The position numbers and the translations under genes were made by a program. Below, piece by piece: positions 49,198-59,373 of a stretch of DNA of 61,822 nucleotides (position 1 is the first letter of the stretch; each line of letters opens with the position of its first letter). The notes under the pieces are model-generated. The model ran no database searches and had not been told where the DNA came from. It worked only from the letters and a program-made list of their open reading frames with translations. This DNA comes from Candidatus Bathyarchaeia archaeon (GTDB taxonomy: Archaea; Thermoproteota; Bathyarchaeia; Bathyarchaeales; Bathycorpusculaceae), in NCBI GenBank assembly GCA_050010755.1, contig JBEKKK010000006.1, positions 1 to 61,822 of the forward strand. The letters are read 5' to 3'.

Positions 49198-50607
49198 GTG
49201 AAAACATTGGACAAGCAAGGCCATCCTTACATTCCTAATTCAGTGGCTGACACTAAGCGAGAGATGATGCGCGAACTGGCAATAAAAAGCATAGATGAGC
49301 TCTACGCTGACGTCCCAGAAAAATACCGTTTGAAAAAGGAGCTGAACCTGCCAAAAAAACCGCTATCAGAGTTTGAAGTTAGAAGACACGTCGAAGCATT
49401 GCTCGCGAAAAACAGACCGTGCAACGACATGCCTGTATTCCTCGGGGCGGGATGCTGGCCCCACTACGTGCCGGCGACCGTTCAGGAAATCGTGAGCCGC
49501 AGCGAATTCCTCACCTCCTACACGCCCTACCAACCTGAAGTTTCTCAGGGTATGCTTCAAGCCCTTTTTGAATATCAGAGCATGATGTGTGAATTGACGG
49601 GCATGGAAGTGTCCAACTGTTCAATGTACGATTGGGCCTCGGCACTTGGCGAAGCCGCTCGCATGTCAGCCCGGTTTAACGGTCGAAATGAGATACTGAT
49701 CCCGAGAATTATTCATCCGGACAGGGCGGCTACACTTCAAGTTTACTCAGAGCCCGCGGGAATCACGGTGAAGCAGGTCGAATATGACAATGAGAGCGGA
49801 CAACTGGACCTTGACGATTTGAAGAGCAAGATAACGGACAAAACGGCAGCAGTTTACGTTGAAAACCCGACCTACTTGGGCTACGTGGAATCGCAAGTGG
49901 AAGAAATAAGCGAGGAAGCTCATTCCCACAAATCACTCCTCATAGTCGGAGTCGACCCGACCTCACTAGGGATAGTTAGGCCGCCGGGAGAATACGGTGC
50001 AGACATTGTCGTAGGAGAGGCACAACCTCTTGGCAACGGAATGAACTTCGGCGGCCCACTGCTCGGAATCATGGCCTGCCGTGACGACATGAGCTTGATT
50101 CGTCAAATGGCCGGCAGAATAATCGGTTTAACCACAACGCAAGACAACAGCAAGCAGGGATTCTGCATGACGCTGCAGACGCGGGAACAACACATCAGAC
50201 GCGAAAAGGCGACATCGAACATTTGCACCAACGAGGCGTTGTGCGCCGTAGCCTCAGCAATCTACATGGCTCTGCTGGGGCCTGAAGGCCTTCGTCAACT
50301 TGCAGAAACAATCGCGTACAGAGCCAATTATGCAATCCAGCTGCTCTCAAAGATCAGAGGCGTCAGAACCCCCATTTTCAAGTCATCCCACTTTAAGGAA
50401 TTCACAGTTAACTTCGACGAAGCCGGGTTAAAGGCAGAAGATATCAACAAGAAGCTGCTCCGCGCTGGAGTTCACGGAGGCAAGGATATTTCAAAAGAGT
50501 TTCCCGAACTGGGTCAAACCTGCCTTTACTGCGTGACAGAAACCCATTCGAGAGAAGAAATCGAGCGGCTCAGGAACGTCCTCGAAGAGGCCTTGGGTGA
50601 AGCGTGA
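49198..50607 (+). CDS. gcvPA: Glycine dehydrogenase (decarboxylating) subunit 1
   Basis: FLGAG, YTPYQPEVSQG, SMYD, LQTREQHIRREKATSNICTN. Confidence 0.95.
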   Translation: MKTLDKQGHPYIPNSVADTKREMMRELAIKSIDELYADVPEKYRLKKELNLPKKPLSEFEVRRHVEALLAKNRPCNDMPVFLGAGCWPHYVPATVQEIVSRSEFLTSYTPYQPEVSQGMLQALFEYQSMMCELTGMEVSNCSMYDWASALGEAARMSARFNGRNEILIPRIIHPDRAATLQVYSEPAGITVKQVEYDNESGQLDLDDLKSKITDKTAAVYVENPTYLGYVESQVEEISEEAHSHKSLLIVGVDPTSLGIVRPPGEYGADIVVGEAQPLGNGMNFGGPLLGIMACRDDMSLIRQMAGRIIGLTTTQDNSKQGFCMTLQTREQHIRREKATSNICTNEALCAVASAIYMALLGPEGLRQLAETIAYRANYAIQLLSKIRGVRTPIFKSSHFKEFTVNFDEAGLKAEDINKKLLRAGVHGGKDISKEFPELGQTCLYCVTETHSREEIERLRNVLEEALGEA

Positions 50608-50611
50608 GAAC

Positions 50612-52159
50612 ATGGTATACAGACAGGCAACATGGGACGAGCCGGTAATCTTCAATCTCGGAAAAAAAGGCCGAAGCGGACACCTCGTGCCGGAGGTTGA
50701 AGAGGAAATCCGAAGGACTGTTGGTGCCGTAAATTACTTGTTCCCGGAAAACATGCGGCGCACTCAGAAACCTAGCATGCCTGAACTCTCTGAAGTCGAG
50801 GTCACGCGACATTTCACACGATTATCTGAGATGAACTACGGAATTGATTCTGGATTGTATCCTCTTGGAAGCTGCACCATGAAGTACAACCCCAAGATAA
50901 ACGAGCTTCTCGCAAGTTTGCCGACGCTCAGCACGCTCCACCCAAACCAGGATGAGAACACGGCGCAGGGGATGCTTGAAATCCTCTACAAACTGGAACG
51001 GTGGCTCAGCGAGATAACAGGCACCTACGAGGTTTGTTTACACCCAGCAGCCGGTGCCCACGGAGAGTTTCTAGGCACGATGCTGATGCACGCCTGCCTA
51101 AAACAGAACGGACAGTGTGACAGAAGGACTGAAGTTATAGTCCCTGACTCAGCCCATGGGACCAATCCCGCAAGCGCGGCGATGGCCGGCTTCAACGTTG
51201 TCGTCATCCCAAGCGGAACAGACGGATGCATAGACTTGGAAGCATTAAAGACTGTGGCATCTGAGAAAACCGCAGGCCTTATGCTCACAAACCCCAACAC
51301 TCTCGGAATCTTTGAAAGGAATATTGAAGAAATAGCCAAAATAATCCATGAAGTCGGCGGCCTCCTCTACTATGACGGAGCGAACTTGAACCCCCTCCTG
51401 GGCAAGGTTAGACCCGGCGACATGGGTTTCGACATCGTTCATATTAACATCCACAAGACGTTCGGCACTCCTCATGGCGGAGGCGGACCTGGCGCAGGGC
51501 CAGTCGGAGTTTCGAAAAACTTGGCCCAATTTCTGCCCGTGCCGAGCATTGCCTTCGATGGAAAACGCTACAGCCTAGCCTACGACAAGTCGCACACCAT
51601 CGGGAAAATACGAGGCTTTCAAGGAAACGTTGCGGTTCTATTACGAGCCTACGCCTACATTTTAAGCATGGGTCTCGAAGGACTGAGGGAAGCAGCAGAA
51701 ATCGCGGTTCTGAACGCGAATTACATGATGAAGAAACTCAGAAAGATTAGGGGCTTGACGGTTCCATATGACGACAAGAAACCACGGAAACACGAGTGCG
51801 TCATTAGCGCAAAACAGCTCAAGAACGAGACTGGCGTCTCCGCTTTGAATCTTGCGAAACGTCTGCTGGACTACGGTTTGCACCCGCCCACTACCTATTT
51901 TCCACTCATCGTCGACGAAGCATTGATGATCGAACCCACGGAGTCTTTCGAGAAAGAAGAACTTGACCGGTTCATTGATGCCGTGAGAAAAATCTGTGAA
52001 GAAGCTTATGAAAACCCGCAGATGGTCTTGACGGCGCCTCACAACACTGCAGTTCCACGACTGGACGAGGTTAAGGCCTCGCATCCCAGAACCATGGCTC
52101 TGAGCTGGCGGATGCATGTCAAGAAGGAGGAAACTGCGAAGAACCCGCGCAACAATTAA
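50612..52159 (+). CDS. gcvPB: Glycine dehydrogenase (decarboxylating) subunit 2
   Basis: YPLGSCTMKYNP, SAHGTNPASA, YYDGAN, HKTFGTPHGGGGPG. Confidence 0.95.
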   Translation: MVYRQATWDEPVIFNLGKKGRSGHLVPEVEEEIRRTVGAVNYLFPENMRRTQKPSMPELSEVEVTRHFTRLSEMNYGIDSGLYPLGSCTMKYNPKINELLASLPTLSTLHPNQDENTAQGMLEILYKLERWLSEITGTYEVCLHPAAGAHGEFLGTMLMHACLKQNGQCDRRTEVIVPDSAHGTNPASAAMAGFNVVVIPSGTDGCIDLEALKTVASEKTAGLMLTNPNTLGIFERNIEEIAKIIHEVGGLLYYDGANLNPLLGKVRPGDMGFDIVHINIHKTFGTPHGGGGPGAGPVGVSKNLAQFLPVPSIAFDGKRYSLAYDKSHTIGKIRGFQGNVAVLLRAYAYILSMGLEGLREAAEIAVLNANYMMKKLRKIRGLTVPYDDKKPRKHECVISAKQLKNETGVSALNLAKRLLDYGLHPPTTYFPLIVDEALMIEPTESFEKEELDRFIDAVRKICEEAYENPQMVLTAPHNTAVPRLDEVKASHPRTMALSWRMHVKKEETAKNPRNN

Positions 52160-52208
52160 ATATAGTGAACATTCTTTGGTACTTGAAGTTCTAGCGAGGT
52201 GTTTGAAG

Positions 52209-52496
52209 TTGACTGAATTGGAAGATAAGGTCCGAGAAGCCGTGGGCCAAGTGGTAGATCCTGAAACGGGTATGACCTTCGGTGAGATGCAGATGATAAC
52301 GAACGTCAAAGAAGAAGAACCTGGCGTTTTCAAGGTGGAATTCGTTCCCTCCAGTCCCTTCTGCCCAATAGCCTTCAAACTAGCGTCCGACATAAAAAGC
52401 GCTGCGTTGAAGGTCGCCGGAGTGAAAAAGGCTCAAATCTACTGCCGCGGGCACGCGATGGAGCAGCAGATAAACGAGCAGACGAACAAGGAATAG
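52209..52496 (+). CDS. DUF59/SufT-like Fe-S cluster assembly protein
   Basis: VVDPE...PSSPFCP motif; TTG at 52209 after GAGGTG. Confidence 0.85.
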   Translation: MTELEDKVREAVGQVVDPETGMTFGEMQMITNVKEEEPGVFKVEFVPSSPFCPIAFKLASDIKSAALKVAGVKKAQIYCRGHAMEQQINEQTNKE

Positions 52497-52655
52497 TAAA
52501 ACGCGGGTAAACATTCGTTCAAATGCAGTTGCGACTTGGACTTCTTGGTGAGAAGCAAAACAGTCGAACGTACACGGACGTAATAGAGCGCTCGCTGAGT
52601 CTTCTATCAAAAACTGGGATTGGTTTGATGCTGGAGACGCCGGCTGCGCGATGTG

Positions 52656-53285
52656 CTATATTCGTTTTAATAATCGTGCACGTATGATATATCCCATAGG
52701 AAATAGATGGAAAAGGCCAATTTTGCCCAGAAAGTTTCCAAACGGTAAAAATGGGGCCTCATATTTTTTGACATTAAGTACCTCGAAACCAGATCCTTTC
52801 AAAGTGTTGATGACATTTTTTAAGGAAGGTACTGCAGTATATCCTTCCCTGTATGCAAATGAATGTACGCGAGAGGGAAGGAAACCGAAAAAGGGCAAGT
52901 ACGTGTGGCTTTCAATTATAGAGTATCTGTTTGGTAATTGAATTGCGAATATTCCTTTGTCTCTTAGCACTCTCTTTGCTTCTTTATAGAACATCTCCCT
53001 TTCGGCGTTGTGAATATGCTCTAAGAGGCTGAAAGCTGTCACCAAAGAAAAAGTATTATTCTTGAAGGGTAGCCTTATTGCCGATGCAACAACATGATGA
53101 TAAGTCTCTTTGCGATTCTTTATTAGGTCAACACCGACTAGCTCAGAATCGTCAGAACCGACGATATTATCGAAAAGCAATCCTTTTCCGCAGCCTAAAT
53201 CGAGAAGAAAACTAGTGTCATAATTGGAGATGAAGGAGGAGAAGTATTTCATCCTTTCAGTTTCAGTCCCGACTTTTGAGTTCAT
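52656..53285 (-). CDS. Class I SAM-dependent methyltransferase
   Basis: LDLGCGKG, LPF, LLEHI, RVLRDKG. Confidence 0.88.
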   Translation of the reverse strand: MNSKVGTETERMKYFSSFISNYDTSFLLDLGCGKGLLFDNIVGSDDSELVGVDLIKNRKETYHHVVASAIRLPFKNNTFSLVTAFSLLEHIHNAEREMFYKEAKRVLRDKGIFAIQLPNRYSIIESHTYLPFFGFLPSRVHSFAYREGYTAVPSLKNVINTLKGSGFEVLNVKKYEAPFLPFGNFLGKIGLFHLFPMGYIIRARLLKRI

Positions 53286-53509
53286 AAGCCTGAACAGGTA
53301 TGCTCGGATATTGTTATACGTGCTATACGTTTATTACGCGCCCCTCTGTTGCTTAGGAAAAAGGTTATAGATAAGTCATTTTTGTAACCGTGTTCTGGAG
53401 AATTAAAGATTCATTGCCGTTGAAGTGTTTTTCACCTTTGTCTTTAATGCTGTAGCGCGCAAAGAGCCATAAGGAATCAGCCGTAAAGCGATTGTGTTTT
53501 TCCACCTTC

Positions 53510-56020
53510 TTAGGAAGGGGGCAAGGGAATCGAAGTTACCGACATGTTGTAGATATAAGCGTTGTTTCGGATACCGTCGAGGTTGAAGTTTGCAATCTGC
53601 AGCATAAAGTCGCTTGGCAACGGCGAGTCGTAGCTGGTCTGCCACAGTTTTGTGATGTCAACGTTAAAGGAGCCTGACGAGTCCACCTGTTGGGAGTTCT
53701 TGTAGTTCTGCAGGATTCCGTTCGGCGTTTCAATCACAACCGTCTGGTTCTGGTAGATGTTTGAGACGATGAAGGCAAGAGTGTCGTTTCCGTTGACCCC
53801 GTCGACAGTGCTGAAGGTTGTGGAAAGAGTCACGTCTGAGTCGTTTTGTACGAAGAATTCTCTTGAAACGCCGCTGATGCACTCTTGATTGTATGGCGTC
53901 ATCGCAGCCTGAGCTGATATTTGAAGAGCTGGCGTCCCCGTGTCCGTTACTGTTTCTGTCACGTTTTGGAAGCCGTTTCCGCTTGAGTACGCGTTCCAGC
54001 CGTCCCAATCCCATTCGCTTTTTGAGAAGTTGTCGTAGAAGCTGACGTTAGGATTTGATAGGTTGAATTGGAACAGGTAGGCGTTACCGAAGTTTTTCGC
54101 GAGCTTGAAGTTCGGGTTTCCCAAGAATAGGAGCGGATTCCATTTCAGTTTTTGGAACCACCAGTAAGCCGCATTAGATCCGACGTAGACGTGAGTTATC
54201 GACAAATTGCTCATTAAGCCGTATGTGGTTTCGTTCATAACATCATTGTTTATCAAATCGACGAGGGTCTGATAAGAAGCTGAGAACTGGCTTGCAGTGT
54301 ATGGATAGACGATTTTCTGCGTTGATATTGCTGGGATGAACAGACCCGGTTCATACGGGCTGACTAGCACGACGGCGGTCGACGTCAGATTCTGTTTCAT
54401 CCAATTCATCAATTCATAATCGTCGAAGCCAGTAACAGCATACATGTTATAACTTCCTCTCAGACCCTGCGAATCTGAAAACAGCCTGTAATAGATGAAA
54501 GGAGCATTCAAAGAGGCCAGGAGTATAATTGCGAGAAGCACGTTTGCATAAATCTTCTTCGTGAAAGCTCTTGACAGTCGCTTCAGGTCAACTCTTCTGG
54601 AGAGTCTGACGACGCACACGTAGAAAGATATCAGCATAATGTTCATTGAAACGATGATGATGATGGCTTGGTGACCCCAGGATATGAATCCCAAACTGCT
54701 CGGGAGGAAGTATGCTAAGAACGACAATAAAACGGCGGCTAAGAGCACCGTTGCCGCAAAAGAGGCGATAGACCTCAGGTCATCTTCCGCCTTCATCTTC
54801 CAAAGCAACACTGCCAGCGCAGCGATAAAGGCCATAACCGCAACGTTGGTGACCGAGTAGGGCGAGATGTACTGAAAGGCCCATTGTAACGCCTGAAACA
54901 TCGTGTAAGACATTACAGTGTTTTGATAACCCGTGAAGTCGCTTGGAACACCGATGTTGTGACCGGGGTAGTTGTAGAAAATTGCAAGCCTGTAAAACAA
55001 TGGCGCAAGCGGCAGCAGACAAAACAGGAAGATTATCAGGAACGCAAAGGCTTGGCGGCGGAAAACGATGCGATCCCGAACGAATCGATAGAGAAGAAAG
55101 ATCAGACCCACCACCACCAGCACTTGGATAAACGAAACCATAATCGCACCGTCAAACCCGAACAGGAGGCCGATCACGGCAAGTTCTACAATGCTTGTCC
55201 TCTGCTTGTTACGTACGACTGAAAGCAGCAGGCCGAGGCAAACGAGAAATAATGGAAAACCAACCAAGAAAGCATTACTTCCCCAAGTGACATATAGTGG
55301 CCAGCTTGAGACAAAAGCAAATATGAAGCTTAGCCCCACCGCGTAAAGCTTGTTGGAACTCAGTTTACAGCCGAGGAAGTAGGCACCAAAGACCGACATC
55401 GATTTAAACAGAACCGTGATGTAAAAAACCGATGTCGGAGCGTCGAAGCCCAGAATTTGGCTGGCATAGGCAAAAAGGACGTGTGCCCCAAAGGGATAGA
55501 TTATGCCTTCTGGCAGGTATGGCTGCATCGTCAAGGGCACACCATGGTTCTGCAGAATAAGCTGGACCTTTAAAGCGTGTATCGACTCGTCAAAGATACC
55601 ACCGAACACGAAACCGGACAGAGCGGAAAGCTGCAAAGAGAGCAGGAAGAAGAAGAAACCCAGAATAAGGATATAAGTGAAGAACATTGCTTGGTTGTTC
55701 CTGATTCTATCTCTGAGATTTTTGAATTCTGAAAAATTTTTTAGGGTGTTAAAATGGAGATAAATCGATAAGACAAGACAAGCGGCACTGAAAAGCAGAA
55801 TTATTGGCGGACTGAACAGTCCAAAGGGAAGAACTGCAAGCGTGTACAAGACGAGCCCACCGATGCTGAGGTCGACAATGCAAATCTGCACCAAGTCCAA
55901 ATTTGAAAATGCCGCGAAATGTTTAAGCGCAACCCTGAAAGGCTCACCATCCACGACTAGCAGAAACAGGTAAAAAAGCAACTCAGGAATCAGCAGTTGA
56001 TATTGCACTCGATACACCAA
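53510..56020 (-). CDS. Multi-pass membrane protein, possible GT-C glycosyltransferase
   Basis: More than 10 TM segments, DESIH, YPFGAH, NWMKQN, extracellular C-terminus; lies among GT2 and methyltransferase genes. Confidence 0.65.
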   Translation of the reverse strand: MVYRVQYQLLIPELLFYLFLLVVDGEPFRVALKHFAAFSNLDLVQICIVDLSIGGLVLYTLAVLPFGLFSPPIILLFSAACLVLSIYLHFNTLKNFSEFKNLRDRIRNNQAMFFTYILILGFFFFLLSLQLSALSGFVFGGIFDESIHALKVQLILQNHGVPLTMQPYLPEGIIYPFGAHVLFAYASQILGFDAPTSVFYITVLFKSMSVFGAYFLGCKLSSNKLYAVGLSFIFAFVSSWPLYVTWGSNAFLVGFPLFLVCLGLLLSVVRNKQRTSIVELAVIGLLFGFDGAIMVSFIQVLVVVGLIFLLYRFVRDRIVFRRQAFAFLIIFLFCLLPLAPLFYRLAIFYNYPGHNIGVPSDFTGYQNTVMSYTMFQALQWAFQYISPYSVTNVAVMAFIAALAVLLWKMKAEDDLRSIASFAATVLLAAVLLSFLAYFLPSSLGFISWGHQAIIIIVSMNIMLISFYVCVVRLSRRVDLKRLSRAFTKKIYANVLLAIILLASLNAPFIYYRLFSDSQGLRGSYNMYAVTGFDDYELMNWMKQNLTSTAVVLVSPYEPGLFIPAISTQKIVYPYTASQFSASYQTLVDLINNDVMNETTYGLMSNLSITHVYVGSNAAYWWFQKLKWNPLLFLGNPNFKLAKNFGNAYLFQFNLSNPNVSFYDNFSKSEWDWDGWNAYSSGNGFQNVTETVTDTGTPALQISAQAAMTPYNQECISGVSREFFVQNDSDVTLSTTFSTVDGVNGNDTLAFIVSNIYQNQTVVIETPNGILQNYKNSQQVDSSGSFNVDITKLWQTSYDSPLPSDFMLQIANFNLDGIRNNAYIYNMSVTSIPLPPS

Positions 56021-56308
56021 TCACGGCTTTACATGATGAACGGTTTCACGTATTAATATTTTTGTCCTTAGTGTCTCATTCCCGAAATCATCGTTCCCTT
56101 TTCTTCCTCACCAGTTACCTCCCATACCAAGTGTTGGAAATCGCAAAGTTATTTATCCAGATTTTGTTACTTGTTCCGACTCTCTCAACAGCTTCAACAA
56201 CTACTGGACCAAAACGCTATAAATGTGACAGCCGCAGATTTGACAAAACAATTCACCGTACAGACATCTGCGCCGAATGCCGCTTCACCAGCCTTTGGAG
56301 TAAACGTG

Positions 56309-57160
56309 ATGAGCAAGAGTTTGAAGGACCCCTCTGTTTCAATAATAATACCCACTAGCAACTCTGGAGAAACCATTGAAGAGTGCTTGAGGAGCATTAG
56401 AGGCCAAAGCTATCAGTCGTACGAGGTCATAATTGTTGACAATTTCAGCAACGATAACACTTTGAAAATCGCTACAGAGTTTGGTGCCAAAATAACACAA
56501 GAGAAATGCAATCCGGCCCAAGCCAGAAATATAGGGACTGCTAACTCAACGGGCAAATACGCGTTTTTTCTAGATTCAGACCAGGTTTTGTCTCCCCCAG
56601 TTATCCAAAACTGCGTAAGAAAATGTGAGAATGGAAAAGTCGGGATGGTGAGAATTCCGGAAATCTTTGTTGGGAAAAGCTTCTGGAGTTCTTGTTTGGC
56701 TCTTTGGAAAAACTACTATGAGAGGGTCGAACAATCATACGAGGCGAGCGAAAAAGTAATCCGTGGAGAACCGCGTTTCTTCCTCAGAGAACACATAAGT
56801 CGTGCTGGTCTGATGGACGGAACCCTTCTCTGGGGGGAAAACTATGACCTGTACCAAAGGCTTAGGAAAATGGGGGTTGAAGAAGCTCTTTGCGAATCCA
56901 GTCTTTACCATTATGAACTTGGTTCCCTCAGAAAAATAGTCAGCAAAAATCTTCAATACGGAAGATCTATGCCGATTTTTATGAAACAAACCAAAAAACA
57001 GATTATTCCAATCTTAGTTAAACAGGCCTTGTTAACTTTTAGAGAAGTTCTAAGAAGCCTCAAGCCGCCAAAGATGATTTTGGGATGTACAATTCTCCTG
57101 CTGTTCAGAACGTACTCTGCAGTTATTGGCTTATCTATGGGTTGGGCGTTCCGCGACTGA
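56309..57160 (+). CDS. GT2 glycosyltransferase
   Basis: VSIIIP, IIVDNFSND, ARNIG, FLDSD, GENYDL. Confidence 0.88.
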   Translation: MSKSLKDPSVSIIIPTSNSGETIEECLRSIRGQSYQSYEVIIVDNFSNDNTLKIATEFGAKITQEKCNPAQARNIGTANSTGKYAFFLDSDQVLSPPVIQNCVRKCENGKVGMVRIPEIFVGKSFWSSCLALWKNYYERVEQSYEASEKVIRGEPRFFLREHISRAGLMDGTLLWGENYDLYQRLRKMGVEEALCESSLYHYELGSLRKIVSKNLQYGRSMPIFMKQTKKQIIPILVKQALLTFREVLRSLKPPKMILGCTILLLFRTYSAVIGLSMGWAFRD

Positions 57161-57319
57161 GAAATTGATGAACAATAGACTCATGAGAAGAAATTACATT
57201 GATGACATAACTAACGACTTAAGCCGATCTAACTTGAAACAGGTCTCCTTTTAGATAATATTATTGTTTTTGCTCCCAGCTTTTTGACGAGGAAATCGTG
57301 CTAAAGCGCACGCGCTATC

Positions 57320-57475
57320 CTAGCGAGAGAACCATTTTGCCAACTTCAATTTCTTGAGCAAACTGAGACGCAATAATAAACCTGTTTCGTTATCAATATG
57401 CGCGACTGGAGCTCCTCCAAAAACCCGATTTCCATCGTCTCTTTTCCAGCGAAGCTCTTTCTCAATTTCCATCAT
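57320..57475 (-). CDS. Possible 51-aa small protein (not in ORF track)
   Basis: Hand translation MMEIEKELRWKRDDGNRVFGGAPVAHIDNETGLLLRLSLLKKLKLAKWFSR. Confidence 0.4.
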   Translation of the reverse strand: MMEIEKELRWKRDDGNRVFGGAPVAHIDNETGLLLRLSLLKKLKLAKWFSR

Positions 57476-57586
57476 TTACCCAGCGAATAAACATTGTGAA
57501 CTTTCAAATTAGCCTTTAATATTAAACTTGTTTAGGCTTAAGAGATGAACGTTTGAATAAATGTAAGGTCAACCGATTGTCTGGCC

Positions 57587-57877
57587 TCAAGCCTTGCTCG
57601 TTTTCTTCAGAACGTAATCAAAGTATCGTTCCGTTGCTGTGTCTGTCTTCCACTCTGCTCGCAATCTGGTCTTCCGCTCCGCCCTGCGTAGGTCGGACAG
57701 CAACGAACGATTAAGCGCCTTCGCATTCTCACCTTCTAGCTCAGCCTCTATCTGAAACTTATTGTCTCCCACACGCGTAAGGCAACCCTTCTTGAAGAGC
57801 CTCTCAAGAACTGGCTGAACGGCCTCAGGACTCTCGGTGTCCACGCTCGCAACAAGCACGAAACGCTTTTTTATCAT
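57587..57877 (-). CDS. Small hypothetical protein
   Basis: 96-aa alpha/beta ORF, LNRSLLSDLRRAERKTRLRAEW...ERYFDY. Confidence 0.7.
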   Translation of the reverse strand: MIKKRFVLVASVDTESPEAVQPVLERLFKKGCLTRVGDNKFQIEAELEGENAKALNRSLLSDLRRAERKTRLRAEWKTDTATERYFDYVLKKTSKA

Positions 57878-58232
57878 AGTTGATGATACAGGTTGCAGCT
57901 ATGAAAAGATTCTGTTCGATGAATTTGTTCGATGAACCACGCAAAGTGTCGAACTGATGAAAAAACAATCCTAACAAATCTGAGCATGCAGGCGTGACCG
58001 CTGTCTTGTCCGTCTTCTCCTACTAAAAGTTGTGTGCGAGAATGCGACAATCGCAATCAGGACAAGCGCACGTTTTTTATGATGCTCTATTAATTAGAGT
58101 TACACTAAGAGAATTGTTAATGTTAAAGTAAAGTGCGCGCGATAGGCGGTAATATGTAATAGAAGAGCGTTCCACAAGTGTTAATTATCTGAGTTGCTTA
58201 TATATGGTTGCTGAACGGGGAGAGGAGTCAGT

Positions 58233-59168
58233 TTGTTTGGAAAGAGTGTTTCAAGCCTGATGCTGTTCTTGATTTTGGCATGCATGTTAGCCTCCGCATT
58301 CGCGGCGCGCGCGGGCGCTAACTTTACATTATCTTCAACTGTTCCTCCAACAGTCAGCAATGTTTCCCAGGTTCCTGATAAAAACAGCGTTAATGATAGC
58401 GAGGCTGTGGTAGTGTCGGCTAACGTGACGGACAACAGCGGCACAGGAATTGCGAACGTCACGATCGTCTATTCGCCCGATGGCTGGACTATAAACTCGA
58501 CTGCTGCGATGGCGCTAAACAGTTCAACTGGATTGTTCGATGGCACCATTCCAGGATTCTTGAGCGGAACGATCGTCTACTATGTCATCCAGGCCTACGA
58601 CAACAACGGAGGCTTTACAGAAAGTACGCGCACAACCTATACAGTTGTCTCAAAAGCGGGCGCGCAGGCGCTAGTCCGAGTTACAGAGATAACACCCAGC
58701 AGTACATGGGTTTACCAGGGGCAAGTTGTGAGCGTCAACGTAACGGTCAGCAACAATGGAGACTCTGCCGAAAAGGTTTGGGCCACCCTGTTCTACAACT
58801 TAACATCAGAGAGAATCATAGGCGCATATACCTCTGCCGTCATCCTGGATATGGGGCAAAGCTACACATTTCCGTTCACATGGGACACCACGGGCATACC
58901 GTACCACACTTACACGCTGACAGCAGTGGCATGGATATCCGGGGGCTCGAACACACTCTCCGGGAACATAACGGTCAGACTCATTGGCGACGTAAACGGG
59001 GACGGAAAGGTTGACCTGAGAGACCTTGCGTTGGTTGCCAGAGCATTCGGCTCTACTCCAGCAAGTCCAAACTGGAACTCAGCAGCAGACATAAACGGCG
59101 ACGGCGTAGTTAACATGAAAGACTTAGCCCTAATAGGCAGATACTTCGGTCGGCGAACCGCGTACTAG
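58233..59168 (+). CDS. Secreted Ig-like/CARDB protein with C-terminal dockerin
   Basis: Signal peptide, N-glycosylation sequons, GDVNGDGKVDLRD and ADINGDGVVNMKD. Confidence 0.85.
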   Translation: MFGKSVSSLMLFLILACMLASAFAARAGANFTLSSTVPPTVSNVSQVPDKNSVNDSEAVVVSANVTDNSGTGIANVTIVYSPDGWTINSTAAMALNSSTGLFDGTIPGFLSGTIVYYVIQAYDNNGGFTESTRTTYTVVSKAGAQALVRVTEITPSSTWVYQGQVVSVNVTVSNNGDSAEKVWATLFYNLTSERIIGAYTSAVILDMGQSYTFPFTWDTTGIPYHTYTLTAVAWISGGSNTLSGNITVRLIGDVNGDGKVDLRDLALVARAFGSTPASPNWNSAADINGDGVVNMKDLALIGRYFGRRTAY

Positions 59169-59373
59169 GGCGCGCGTCATAACTGAAAAAAACGGTATAA
59201 CGGCATTCAGAAAACCTAAGAGGTTTATGACTTCTGGGACGTGAGCAGTTAGCACTTAAAGATAAAACAACCCAACCAAAAGCCTTAGGCTCAACCAATG
59301 GTGAAATCTCCCGCGCATCCCTTCTTTTTTCCTTTCTACTCGCGCCCAATCGGGATTATTCGAATAACAGGGT

